NCBI GenBank assembly: GCA_965215885.1
Contig: CBDCEW010000105.1
Location: 288,001-352,000 of the forward strand
Reading direction: 5' to 3'
Length of the DNA: 64,000 nucleotides
DNA from: Candidatus Moanibacter sp.
GTDB lineage: Bacteria; Verrucomicrobiota; Verrucomicrobiia; Opitutales; UBA2987
The notes under the pieces are model-generated. The model had not been told where the DNA came from and searched no databases. It worked only from the letters and a program-made list of their open reading frames with translations. This document shows, in pieces, positions 40,649 through 50,646 of this stretch. The translations under genes and the position numbers were made by a program. Positions within the stretch are counted from its first letter, which is position 1. Each line of letters begins with the position of its first letter.

Positions 40649-42037
40649 TTAAGTTTCCGCCTCGAAGAGGTTTGCGGCGAACTGTCTCCCCTCCTCGAGG
40701 GAGGAGAAGACGCCGTCGAGCTGGGCTTCGTAGCACTTATTAAGGATGGTTTTGAAGTGGGGGCCGGGGGTCTGGCCCAATTCGATGAGGTGACGGCCCA
40801 TGACGATGGGTTGGGGGGCGGAGTCCTTGACGGCGAGCGCTTCGGCGCGCTCGAGGAGCCAGTCACCGGCGGGAAAAGGATCACCCGGTAAAGGCGGGCG
40901 CCCCTGCATATCGGCGCGGGCGACGCGGACGAGGCGATCGATGCGGCGGACTTTTCGGGCGAGTCGCCGCACGGCGGAGTCCCCGGCCTCGACTCTGTGC
41001 AGTTCGATGGGTCGCAGGTGGGTGAGAACGAGGGGTACGACCGATTCAATGAGGGCCTTATGTTCGGTCATGCAGCCGAGAAAATTCCGAGTGGGTTGTT
41101 CCCCTTCGACGTCGTGGCGGGGCGAGCGGATGTGGTCCTTTTCAAAAATGGTAGTGGCGGGCTTTCCGAAATCGTGACAGAGGACGGCGAGACCGACGAC
41201 GAGGTCCTCCCAATCGTGGTTGAGCCGCTCACTGGCGAATGCGTCCATACAGTGCAGGGTATGGGTCCAGACATCGCCTTCGGGGTGCCATTCGGGGTCC
41301 TGTTGGCAGGTGGTGAGGGCTTCGAGTTCCGGGTAGTAGCGAATCCAGCCGCATTCCCTGAGAAAGTTGAGGCCCATGGAGATCTTCCGGCCCTTAAGGA
41401 TGAGCTTTCTCCACTCTTCGAAGATGCGTTCGGGAGGAAGATTCTCGGGATCGATCCCGGAACAGATCTCGACCGTGGAAGGGTGAACCGCGTATTGAAA
41501 ACGGGCGCTGAATTGCATGGCACGCAGGACGCGAAGCGGATCCTCTCCAAACCTTTCCGAGGTGTGCCGCAAAATGCCCTTCACAATGTCTTCCCGTCCT
41601 TTAAAGGGATCGATGATTCGGTTGTCGGAGGGGTCCCAGAGGATGGCGTTGATCGTAAAATCGCGGCGGGAGGCGGCCTCTTCTTCGCTCATATCGGGGT
41701 CCCCGGAGATGGCAAAGCCCTTGTGTCCGGCCGTTGTTTTGGCTTCGCGCCGGGGAAGGGAAATATCGATTTCCGCACCTTTGATTTTGAAGACGCAGAA
41801 GGCCTTACCCACGAGCTCTACGCGAAAATGGGCAGTGAGGAGTTCCTGCAAGCGGTCTGCGGCCAATCCGTAAACCTCGATATCGATATCCTTGATCGGC
41901 TCTCCGAGGAGAGCATCGCGCACGCAGCCGCCGACCAGGAGCGCCCTTCCGCCGGCGGAGGAAACGACGGAAAAGACCTCTCGACATTGTTGCTTGAGGT
42001 TTTCAGGCAGGAACTCGGACTGAAAGACAGCGCTCAT
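40649..42037 (-). CDS. cca: CCA tRNA nucleotidyltransferase / poly(A) polymerase family with HD domain
   Basis: VGGCVRD, DIDIE, RRDFTINA, EDPLRVLR, WHPEGDV..HT, CHDFGK. Confidence 0.88.
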   Translation of the reverse strand: MSAVFQSEFLPENLKQQCREVFSVVSSAGGRALLVGGCVRDALLGEPIKDIDIEVYGLAADRLQELLTAHFRVELVGKAFCVFKIKGAEIDISLPRREAKTTAGHKGFAISGDPDMSEEEAASRRDFTINAILWDPSDNRIIDPFKGREDIVKGILRHTSERFGEDPLRVLRAMQFSARFQYAVHPSTVEICSGIDPENLPPERIFEEWRKLILKGRKISMGLNFLRECGWIRYYPELEALTTCQQDPEWHPEGDVWTHTLHCMDAFASERLNHDWEDLVVGLAVLCHDFGKPATTIFEKDHIRSPRHDVEGEQPTRNFLGCMTEHKALIESVVPLVLTHLRPIELHRVEAGDSAVRRLARKVRRIDRLVRVARADMQGRPPLPGDPFPAGDWLLERAEALAVKDSAPQPIVMGRHLIELGQTPGPHFKTILNKCYEAQLDGVFSSLEEGRQFAANLFEAET

Positions 42038-42134
42038 ATGCCGGGATCGGAAGCGATCGGGGCTAGGAATCCGTCGGACTTAGTATTCATGAGGCAGCCT
42101 TCGGCCGCAACCAAACTGTAAGACAGAAGAGGGG

Positions 42135-42241
42135 ACACAGAGCGCCACAGAGAAGCATCACAGAGGCACACAGAGAGGACATGGGTGGACGATGTCCGTG
42201 TGAAGTTACGATTGTGCTTTGCTTCTCTGTGGCGCTCTGTG
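42135..42241. repeat. Inverted CACAGAG-rich repeat pair
   Basis: ACACAGAGCGCCACAGAGAAGCA ... TGCTTCTCTGTGGCGCTCTGTGT. Confidence 0.75.
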
Positions 42242-42440
42242 TGCCCGATTTACTCACGATTTAACCCTTTGTTCGTAGCTTACTTACCTAGCATATCTAC
42301 GCAAATTGCGTAGAAGTTATGGGATAAGACACTGACATCCTCGTGGTGAAGATTTCATGGTAACGGATCGACATTCCGACTCAGATGAGATCGACAGATT
42401 CCTTGTGTCTATGAGCCTGTCGGCAAGGGCTGACAGGCTG

Positions 42441-43002
42441 CTAAGCGAAGGCGGCTTCGTGAGCGACGATTCCGGAAATGGCTATGACAAGCCCTACGAG
42501 GAGTCCATAGGCAAGATGAGCAAGGAGATGAGCGACGCCTACTGAGAACCCTGCTTCACGAAACTCCTCGAGAGGATGTTCTTCAGCAATGGCGGCGACA
42601 AGGCCGAAACAGATAAGAATGCCGTGGCAAAATCCAAGGAAAAGACCCACTTGAATAACCCTCTCGGCGGTCATGGGCGCCATAATTTCAAACACCAGGG
42701 TGTAGAGCATCCCGAAAATCACTCCGGAAATGACATGAAGAGTGGAGCCGACGAGGAGGGCGGACTCGGTCGAGCGGGTGAAGAGGCTCCCCACGGCAAA
42801 GACCATTCTGGCGTTCGCGATGCCCGATTTTGTAATAACGTAGAGCAGGAGAGTCATGCCGGCGGTACCGACGAGACCCGCCAGAATGGAATAGACGAGA
42901 AAGGGCAAGACCTGTGGTGAAGAGAGTCATGCCGGCGGTACCGACGAGACCCGCCAGAATGGAATAGACGAGAAAGGGCAAGACCTGTGGTAATTCGACC
43001 AT
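42441..43002 (-). pseudogene. Four-TM membrane protein, paralog of 63196-63678; 5' end frameshifted by a tandem duplication
   Basis: 70-bp copies at 42849-42918 and 42922-42991 (period 73); ATG 43002 out of frame with the body; in-frame TTG at 42908. Confidence 0.75.
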
Positions 43003-43435
43003 TTAATTTTGCAAATTTACTCGTAAACGGAAAGTAATCAATCCCTGATTGAAGTTCGAATGCTGGAAATTTTTGCCACGGATTTCCTGGCGGAGCGAAG
43101 CCGCAATCCCGCTGAGCGGGAAGATGAGTCAGCAACGAATGAATGAAGGGCAACGAATGGGGCCTGTTAGAGCTTTGAAAGCAACGGATCAAGGTAAGGT
43201 AACGGATACTTTTCGCACAGATAGCAAGTGGTTGCGATAAACCAAACTGGTAGTTGCTTCCGTGGAGAAGAGATTTGAATCCCGGCGCGCCGGGAGAAAC
43301 AAAGATAAACGGAGGAGAATATGAGAGGAAGAAAAGCCCCACGGATTCGAGCCGTCTTCGCTTCGCTGCGCCGAGCCAGGGAAAATCACGGATTGAAGAA
43401 GAGGTGTCGAGACAACCGGAAAAAATCCAGAGACA

Positions 43436-44389
43436 ATGAGTGAGAGTAACTCTATCGCAAGAGACATAAAGTCCGACAGGCTGCTGGGTCGCGTGTACGG
43501 GTCGGTGGCCATCTTGCTTTTTGGGATCCTGATGGGATCGTGCAGGAAGGCGCCGGAGTCGATTTCTTATCCGATCCGCGGACAGGTAATCTCGCTCTAC
43601 TCGGAGAACAACGAAATCACTTTGAAACACGAGGAGATCGAGGGCTTCATGCCGGCGATGACGATGCCCATAAAAGTGAGAGACGTCAGGATCCTGGTGG
43701 GGCTGGTCCCAGGTGATCTGGTGGAAGGAACGCTGGTAGTAACGAGGATGGAGAGCTACTTGTCTGAATTAGAGAAAGTGGGTTTCGATCAGCTGGAAAG
43801 CGCGATTACCCACATGCCGTCCGGGGTTCGGCTGGTGCGCAAGGGTGAAACGGTACCGGACATCTCTCTGATTGATCAGAATGGCCGAGAGCGAAACCTG
43901 TCAGACTTCAGAGGCAAGCCCCTGGCGCTGACCTTCATCTATACGCGCTGCCCTTTGCCGAATTTCTGCCCACTGATGGATCGCAATTTTGTCCGGGTGC
44001 AGGCAGCGATCCATGAGGGAACGCGATTGAGCAGAGACACACAGCTCCTATCCCTTACCTTTGATCCCGACTACGATACACCGGAAGTGCTGCGGAAACA
44101 TGGAGAAGCTCTTGGCGCGGATCAATCGATCTGGAATTTCGTCACGGGAGAACGCCGTGAAATTATTCACTTCGGTGAGCAATTCGGAATTACCGTGGTT
44201 CCGGGGAAGGACGATTCGGTCGACATAACGCATTCCTTGCGCACCGTTGTTGTCGATGAGAAAGGAAACCTCGTAAAGATATATCGCGGTAACGAGTGGA
44301 CGCCCGAAGGGTTGATTGAGGAGTTGGGGAAGGTGAGTCCCGGCAGGCCGGGAAATGAAGGGCAACGAAAGGGGGAGGGAGAAGGATGA
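43436..44389 (+). CDS. SCO1/SenC copper chaperone with N-terminal CusF-like domain
   Basis: HEEIEGFMPAMTM; FIYTRCPLPNFCP; TFDPDYDTP; ITHSLRT. Confidence 0.92.
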   Translation: MSESNSIARDIKSDRLLGRVYGSVAILLFGILMGSCRKAPESISYPIRGQVISLYSENNEITLKHEEIEGFMPAMTMPIKVRDVRILVGLVPGDLVEGTLVVTRMESYLSELEKVGFDQLESAITHMPSGVRLVRKGETVPDISLIDQNGRERNLSDFRGKPLALTFIYTRCPLPNFCPLMDRNFVRVQAAIHEGTRLSRDTQLLSLTFDPDYDTPEVLRKHGEALGADQSIWNFVTGERREIIHFGEQFGITVVPGKDDSVDITHSLRTVVVDEKGNLVKIYRGNEWTPEGLIEELGKVSPGRPGNEGQRKGEGEG

Positions 44390-44404
44390 AGCGCAGGAGG
44401 AAGT

Positions 44405-44454
44405 ATCTGCCGACGGATGGGAATTGCCCGCTAAACACGCGAAAATGCGCGAAA
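44405..44454 (+). repeat. Dispersed intergenic repeat (second copy ~52466-52515)
   Basis: ATCTGCCGACGGATGGGAATTGCCCGCTAA(A/G)CACGCGAAAA(T/A)GCGCGAAA after the stop of two + strand genes. Confidence 0.75.
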
Positions 44455-44860
44455 GAGGGAGGTGTAGCAACGTGAGCTTTGTCGAGAGAGCGACAGAATA
44501 CCGCGACAAAGCTCACGACAAGGCTCGCGACAAAGAAACCCTGACGGGAAGAGAAGCTTCCTCTATCCTTCATCTTAAGCCTCCTCGAGAGAGCGAGAAA
44601 AGGCGACTAAGTTGACGACGAAGCTTACGACAAAGGTTTCGGTTGCATCCCCGTGTCTCCCCGTCTCCATTTTTCCCTCTCCGCCTTTTTTTGGTTGCGT
44701 CTACGCTGCGCTAGGATGATGGGAGGACGAAGACCGGAGACAGAGATTGGGGTTGAGGAAGCAGGAGGGAGAAACACAATCACTTTCTATTGTTCGTGGA
44801 GCGAGGTTTCACAGGTGATGAAGATTTCCCAGACTTTCGGGCGATGCGAACAATAGCACG

Positions 44861-45790
44861 ATGACGGAATCATCACAGATAAAATCATATTTCGATCTGG
44901 AAGGGGATGGCGGCTCGCATGTGATGGAGCAGGTCCTGTCCCAGAAGGCCGAGATCGAGAAGAAATTATCCGGTATCAAGGAGATGGTCGCGATAGCCTC
45001 GGGAAAGGGAGGAGTGGGGAAGAGCACACTGAGTATGCAGTTGGCGGTGGCGCTCAATGCGATGGGCAATTCCGTCTGCATCTTAGACGCGGATTTTAAC
45101 GGGCCCTCTCTTGCGCGGCTCTCAGGCCTTGGTGAAACGGCACTGATTCCGGGGGCGGAGGGCCTCATCGTCCCCCGGACAGAAAGCGGGATAGGAGTGC
45201 TCTCGATGGGGACAATCGTGCCGGAAACGAAAGCGGTGGATTTCACGAGCGTGGCCAGTGGTGAATCTCATGTGTGGCGTGCGACAAAGGAATTCTCGAC
45301 CCTGGCGGAATTTCTAAGAGGGACGGATTGGGGCGATTTGGATTTTCTTCTACTCGATTTGCCTCCAGGCGCTGAGCGCTGCTTTCAGTTTGCGGAGTTC
45401 TTTGGGAAGAAAACTCGTTTCCTGATGGTCACGATTCCTTCCGATGTGTCTCAAGGGGTGGTATCGCGATCGGTGGTGGCGGTGGAGAAAGCGGAGTCAA
45501 CGATAATTGGATACGTGGAGAACATGTCCGGCTTTTATTGTGCGGAGACTGGTGAATTGAGGCCGCTCTTCCCAAGGGGTGATCTGAAATTGGATTATCC
45601 TCTTCTGGGGCAGGTGCCTTTTGATCCGGAGTTGGCGCGGAATTGTGACAAAGGACGGACCATTGAAGATATGCCTGGTACTCCCGTGGCGAGTGCAATT
45701 TTTGAAATCGGGCGGGAGATTGTGAGGATTCTCTCACAGGAAGGAACCCCTTCGACGGGGCTCAGGGCAGGAGAGAGAAAAGAGAATTGA
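44861..45790 (+). CDS. Mrp/NBP35 (ApbC-like) P-loop ATPase
   Basis: SGKGGVGKST, LDADFNGPS, WGDLDFLLLDLPPG, GYVENMS; the usual C-terminal CxxC is reduced to a single Cys (FYCAETG). Confidence 0.9.
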   Translation: MTESSQIKSYFDLEGDGGSHVMEQVLSQKAEIEKKLSGIKEMVAIASGKGGVGKSTLSMQLAVALNAMGNSVCILDADFNGPSLARLSGLGETALIPGAEGLIVPRTESGIGVLSMGTIVPETKAVDFTSVASGESHVWRATKEFSTLAEFLRGTDWGDLDFLLLDLPPGAERCFQFAEFFGKKTRFLMVTIPSDVSQGVVSRSVVAVEKAESTIIGYVENMSGFYCAETGELRPLFPRGDLKLDYPLLGQVPFDPELARNCDKGRTIEDMPGTPVASAIFEIGREIVRILSQEGTPSTGLRAGERKEN

Positions 45791-46189
45791 ATCCCGGCGC
45801 GCCGGGAGAAACATAGAGAACGGAGAGAGATGAAGAGGGAGAGTTACCCATCCCGGTGCGCCGGGACTCCGCAGTACTACGAATTTCCTGGCGCAGCGTC
45901 GCCGCAACCAATCGACAAGCCAGCAGCTGTTTGCTTTCACCGAGGTGCTGTCGATCGTCAGCTTCCCGTTCGGGACAAGGTTCGCGACGAGGTTTGCTCC
46001 GCATAATCCGAAGCAGCCCTGCAGTGAGTGAATCGTCGCGTAAAACGGGATCGTCGAAGTCCTGCCGAACCCATAAACTGTAAAGGAAGTATCTAAGAGT
46101 GCGTGGCTAGATTATGAGTCCAATGAAAACGCTCCCTAATATCTTGAACTCTCTTAAGCAGGCGTTCAGTTTCTTGGGGCTCGGGAAGA

Positions 46190-46714
46190 GTGGTTATGAT
46201 TTTTCTATGCGTTAGTTGCAACACCCAGATGAAGCTGGTAAAGGGGGACGGGAGCGTCACGCCGGATGAAAGGGGATCCCTTACGCTACGGTATGAATGC
46301 CCAGAGTGCTTAATGGAAGTCGCTATGCTGACCAATCCTTTTGAGACTCAGTTGGTAACTTCGATGGGCGTTGAGATCGGGGGCAAGACGGTTTCTGAGA
46401 CGGATGGAATTCTGATTGATGCGCAAGGTAAGGCAACCGGCGCGAAGAATTCGGAGATCTCTTCCTCGGAGGCTAAGTGTCCGTTTTCGCAAGTGGCGAG
46501 GGATGCGATAGTTGATGGCGCAGAAAGGACCGGCGCGACGAGTGAGGAGTTGATTATTCCCTGGACGGCGCAGGCCATGGTGCGGCTGCAGAACATTCCG
46601 GAGTTTGTGCGGCCCATGGCAAAGCAGGGGATCGAGCAATTCGCCAGGGAGAAGGGGTATCCGCAGGTCAATGAGAAGTGCCTGGACGAAGCCAAAGAGG
46701 AGTTTGGGATGTGA
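46190..46714 (+). CDS. Zn-ribbon (2x CxxC) plus C-terminal PCP_red-like domain protein
   Basis: CVSC...CPEC; CPF; WTAQAMVRLQNIPEFVRPMAKQGIEQFAREKG. Confidence 0.8.
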   Translation: MVMIFLCVSCNTQMKLVKGDGSVTPDERGSLTLRYECPECLMEVAMLTNPFETQLVTSMGVEIGGKTVSETDGILIDAQGKATGAKNSEISSSEAKCPFSQVARDAIVDGAERTGATSEELIIPWTAQAMVRLQNIPEFVRPMAKQGIEQFAREKGYPQVNEKCLDEAKEEFGM

Positions 46715-46766
46715 GCCGCCGCCGCCCTACGGGCTGTGGCGAGCCAAGAAGTGGAAGGAAGAGTAG

Positions 46767-48113
46767 GTGGAGTCATTGACCAGATTTGAGAGGCCGTATG
46801 TTATTTCGTGGAATCTGACGCACCGGTGTAATCTGAAGTGTGAGCATTGCTATCTGGATGCCGGGGCTAAGAAGATTCAGAGGCTGAGTAGCGACGGATT
46901 TGAGGACCGCAGCGAGCTGAACACGGAGCATTGCCTGGCGATTGTCGACCAGATCGCGGAATTCGCGCCGGAAGCGCTAACGATTTTGACAGGCGGAGAA
47001 CCGCTCTTACGGCGAGATATCCTCGAAATAATCCGCTATGCGAGCAGAAAAGATCTGTGGGTGGTCTGCGGGACCAACGGGGTCCTGATAACTGAGAATC
47101 TTGCGAATATTCTAGGTGAAGCTGGGTTACGGGGTCTCTCGCTTTCTTTGGACGCTCTTTTGCCGGAGGTTCACGATCGATTCAGAGGCGTTGAGGGGGC
47201 GTGGCGAAACACGGTAAATGGGGCCGCTGTCCTGCGGAAGGCAGGGCTTTCATTCATCGTCCAGACAACCGTCGGCAAGCACAATGTGGGGGAGATCAGC
47301 GCCATTGCCGATTTCGCCTACAAAGAGATGGGTGCCAAGGTATTCAATCTCTACTTTCTCGTGCCAACCGGTCGTGGGCAATTTGTGTCGGATATTGCTC
47401 CCGAAGAATACAATTCAGTGCTGCGGACGCTAGCGCAGATTCAGACGAGGTACGATGGCCAGATGATTACAAATGCGAAGTGCGCGCCGCATTACGTAAG
47501 ACATCTATTTGAAAACGATCCCGATTCGAAATTCCTGAAGTCTTTTGCGGGTGGTGCGGGTGGGTGTCCGGCTGGTGCGCAGTATATGGGAATTCGCCCG
47601 AACGGCGATATGACCCCATGTCCCTACCTGCCACTCTACGGAGGAAATCTGCGGGAGCAAGCTATGGCTGAGATCTGGAACGAATCGGAGCTCTTCATTA
47701 ATATCCGCGCGCGTAGTGCCCTTGGAGGCCGATGCGGAGAGTGTGAATTCAATGGAAAGTGCGGGGGGTGCCGGGCTCGCGCTTTCGGAGTGACGGGTAA
47801 CTATATGGCGGAGGACTCACTCTGCGACTACACGCCGGGAAAATATGAGAGGGAGCAGCTGAATTTTGGTTCGGGTATGGAGTACGGCCTCGCCTATGAG
47901 ATGGATTCGAAGGATGAAATTCATTGGGATGAGAAGGCCCGCGAACGCATGAAAGAAATACCGGCATTCGTTCGTGGAATGGTGAAACGGAGCGTGGAAG
48001 GTTATTGCGCGAAGAACGGGATACTACGAGTGACACCCAAAGTATTGGCGGACATTCGCAGCCGGATGCCGACGCCGAAGATTTTTGGGAAGAAAGAGGA
48101 GAGTAACGGATAG
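46767..48113 (+). CDS. Radical SAM/SPASM protein (AhbD/NirJ-like) with C-terminal PCP_red-like domain
   Basis: SWNLTHRCNLKCEHCY, TGGEPL, GCPAG, CGEC....CGGCRARA...DSLC; WDEKARERMKEIPAFVR. Confidence 0.9.
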   Translation: MESLTRFERPYVISWNLTHRCNLKCEHCYLDAGAKKIQRLSSDGFEDRSELNTEHCLAIVDQIAEFAPEALTILTGGEPLLRRDILEIIRYASRKDLWVVCGTNGVLITENLANILGEAGLRGLSLSLDALLPEVHDRFRGVEGAWRNTVNGAAVLRKAGLSFIVQTTVGKHNVGEISAIADFAYKEMGAKVFNLYFLVPTGRGQFVSDIAPEEYNSVLRTLAQIQTRYDGQMITNAKCAPHYVRHLFENDPDSKFLKSFAGGAGGCPAGAQYMGIRPNGDMTPCPYLPLYGGNLREQAMAEIWNESELFINIRARSALGGRCGECEFNGKCGGCRARAFGVTGNYMAEDSLCDYTPGKYEREQLNFGSGMEYGLAYEMDSKDEIHWDEKARERMKEIPAFVRGMVKRSVEGYCAKNGILRVTPKVLADIRSRMPTPKIFGKKEESNG

Positions 48114-48435
48114 AAGGAAAGAAGATTTCTCACGCAACGGTCTTCGACCCGCGAGCGGGACTTCGCCCTGTCAAGAAGTCGCAAAGACGCAAAGATTTGA
48201 ATGGTGGAAGGGTGGGACGGGAAGGTTGTAGGTTTTTGGTGGTTGGGTGTTCAGAGGTCGGTGTTGGATTTACTGAGCTCCTGAGATTAGAAATTGGTTG
48301 GGTGAAATTGGCGGCAATTCGTTGACAACCTGAGAATTAATTGGATGCTGGCGTCTGATGGAAAACCGTGTTGGGTAATCGTATTTGAGCACTATGGAAT
48401 TCCCAGGCGAAAAGAACAAATAGAAGGCAAGATTT

Positions 48436-50505
48436 ATGTACAAGTCCGTTCTGGTCCCGGTAGATAACTCAGAATATTCCAACCATGCCGTAAAGGTTGG
48501 TATCGAATTTGGAAAACGTTGTGATTCTAGGCTGACCGGTAATCACGTGTATGCCGCAAAGATGCATGATTATCGCTTCAAACAGATGGAGTTTACGCTA
48601 CCGGGGGAATACCTGCAGGAAGACGAACTGGAGCGACAGAGAAAGATCCATGACAGTCTGATCACGATGGGGTTGAAGCTCATTTCCGACTGCTACCTCA
48701 ATGACATGGATAAGCAGTGCAAAGAGGCGGGTGTGAAGATGGAGCGCAAGATGATGGACGGAAAGCATCATGTCGAACTTCTCAGGGACATCGAGGGTTC
48801 GAGCTACGACCTGACAATTCTGGGAATTAAAGGGATCGGGAAAACGAAGGACAGTCAGATCGGAGCAGTGTGCCACCAGATATCGAGCGAGGCCAAAGGT
48901 GATGTCTGGGTGGTAAAACATGTGCCGAAGGAGAATGAAGCGCCGAGGGACACGATTCTGGTCGGGATTGACGGAAGCCCGCAGTCATTTGGCGCTTTGA
49001 TGACGGCTGTCGATCTGGCCAGGAGATTCGAAAAAAAGCTCAGCCTGATTTCTGTATATGATCCCTACCTTCACTATATGGTATTCAATGGCATCGTTGA
49101 TGTGCTGACGGAGAGGGCGGCCAAGGTATTCAGATTCGAGGAACAGAATCAATTGCATGAGGAGATCATCGATACGGGGTTAGCGCAGATATATCAGTCG
49201 CATCTGGAGGTTGCGGCTCAGATGGCTAAGGATGAGGGAGTGGAAACCGACAAGGTGTTGCTTGATGGCAAAGCGTTCCAGAAGATGCTGGATTTTGCGC
49301 GCAAGAATCCACCTTGGGTTCTTGTTATAGGAAAAATCGGGGTGCATAGCGAAAACGGAACTTCTGGACTGGGGAGCAACACGGATAACCTTCTGAGACT
49401 TGCGCCCTGTGATGTTCTTCTGAGTTCGAAACTGGTGCATCCCAAACTCGATTTAAAAGCGGAAGAGAGCATCCAATGGACGCCGGAGGCTGAGGAACGG
49501 ATGGAACGCGTGCCCAAGCTGGTCAAAGGGATAGCGCGGACGGGCATTTTGCGACTTGCGGTTGAACAGGGGCACAGCGTGGTTACGAACTCGCTAATTG
49601 ATGAAGCTGTCGATCGATTTATGCCCAAAAGCGCAGCGAGGGCGACAAAGGACCTGGCGGAAGTCTTGGCGTTTGAAAAGGCGAGCCGAGGAGGCACAGC
49701 AATGTGCAGACACTGCGGCACGACAGCGACGGAAGAAAATCCCGTAAAATGTGCGGTTTGCGGAAATTCAGATTTTGAGCTGATTTCAGCCGAGATGGTT
49801 GACAAGATTGTGGCCTCGGAAGGGGGAAGCGAGGAGGAATCCACTTATGATGGGAAGAGACTCTCCTGGACGCGGGAGGCAAGGCGTCTCTTGCCTGCGA
49901 TAAAGGATAATTATCAAAAACGCCGTGCTAAGGCCTACATCGAAAAGGCTGCCCGCATACGCAAATTGAATACCGTAACTCTGGAATTCGCCGAGAAGTT
50001 CCTTGGGGAGCTTGGCCATGAAGAGAGCGTGAAAAGGCATCGCGAGGAGCGGGCCGATGGCGATTCGGCTGATTTGGAAGAATCGATCCTCGGAAACGGA
50101 ATGAAATTGATCGCTCGAGATAGTCAGAATAACCCGTTGAAGTCTGTCTTTGATTGGACGGAAGAGGCGGCGGAGCGCATTCTTCGGGTTCCTGCCGGAT
50201 TCATGCGCGACAGAGTGCAGAAAAAGGTTGAAGACATGGCCCTCGATGAGCGGATTTTTGAGATTGATCTCACTCTCATCGAGAGAGGAATTGCGGCCGG
50301 CCGGCAGATGATGGAAGAGATGCTGAAAACTGCCGGACTCGACCCGAATTCGGCCGGCAATGGAAATGGAAGGGAGGATGTTTCAGCGGTACCGGAGTAT
50401 ACCAGCACCCAGAGAAACGATTTCCCGCCTAATCATCCACCAAAAGAGATGATGAATGAAGAGGGAATCATGTCGGCGCTGGAGAAGAAGCGTTCAGGAA
50501 TGTGA
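48436..50505 (+). CDS. Tandem USP-domain protein with three PCP_red-like domains and a rubredoxin-like Zn ribbon
   Basis: VLVPVDNS..., ILVGIDGS..., LGSNTD.LLR.APCDVL; CRHCG...CAVCG; three W-T-x-E-A repeats. Confidence 0.88.
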   Translation: MYKSVLVPVDNSEYSNHAVKVGIEFGKRCDSRLTGNHVYAAKMHDYRFKQMEFTLPGEYLQEDELERQRKIHDSLITMGLKLISDCYLNDMDKQCKEAGVKMERKMMDGKHHVELLRDIEGSSYDLTILGIKGIGKTKDSQIGAVCHQISSEAKGDVWVVKHVPKENEAPRDTILVGIDGSPQSFGALMTAVDLARRFEKKLSLISVYDPYLHYMVFNGIVDVLTERAAKVFRFEEQNQLHEEIIDTGLAQIYQSHLEVAAQMAKDEGVETDKVLLDGKAFQKMLDFARKNPPWVLVIGKIGVHSENGTSGLGSNTDNLLRLAPCDVLLSSKLVHPKLDLKAEESIQWTPEAEERMERVPKLVKGIARTGILRLAVEQGHSVVTNSLIDEAVDRFMPKSAARATKDLAEVLAFEKASRGGTAMCRHCGTTATEENPVKCAVCGNSDFELISAEMVDKIVASEGGSEEESTYDGKRLSWTREARRLLPAIKDNYQKRRAKAYIEKAARIRKLNTVTLEFAEKFLGELGHEESVKRHREERADGDSADLEESILGNGMKLIARDSQNNPLKSVFDWTEEAAERILRVPAGFMRDRVQKKVEDMALDERIFEIDLTLIERGIAAGRQMMEEMLKTAGLDPNSAGNGNGREDVSAVPEYTSTQRNDFPPNHPPKEMMNEEGIMSALEKKRSGM

Positions 50506-50646
50506 TCCGCAGTCCGAAGATTTTGAGGATCTCCGGACAGAAAGAGTGTTACCTAACGCGCTTTCGAATCAGGGTTTGTATCAGAAGAATCCGTCGGTCC
50601 CTAAGTCCGACAGATTCCCAATTTAGGTGCCTGTCGAATTTCGCTC

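Noticed and set aside
40997..42121. Long alternative ORFs such as 40997-42121 (+), 4790-5608 (+), 20590-21384 (+) and 42854-43630 (-)
   Set aside because: Antisense shadows of well-supported genes or translations of repeat DNA with no recognisable motifs
46190..48113. RiPP cluster with the small upstream gene as precursor
   Set aside because: The upstream protein has folded-domain features, there is no transporter or peptidase, and the enzyme resembles haem-modifying SPASM proteins; not fully excluded
46190..50505. Chlorophyll biosynthesis or phototrophy
   Set aside because: Only the small PCP_red-like accessory module is present; no BchL/N/B catalytic subunits
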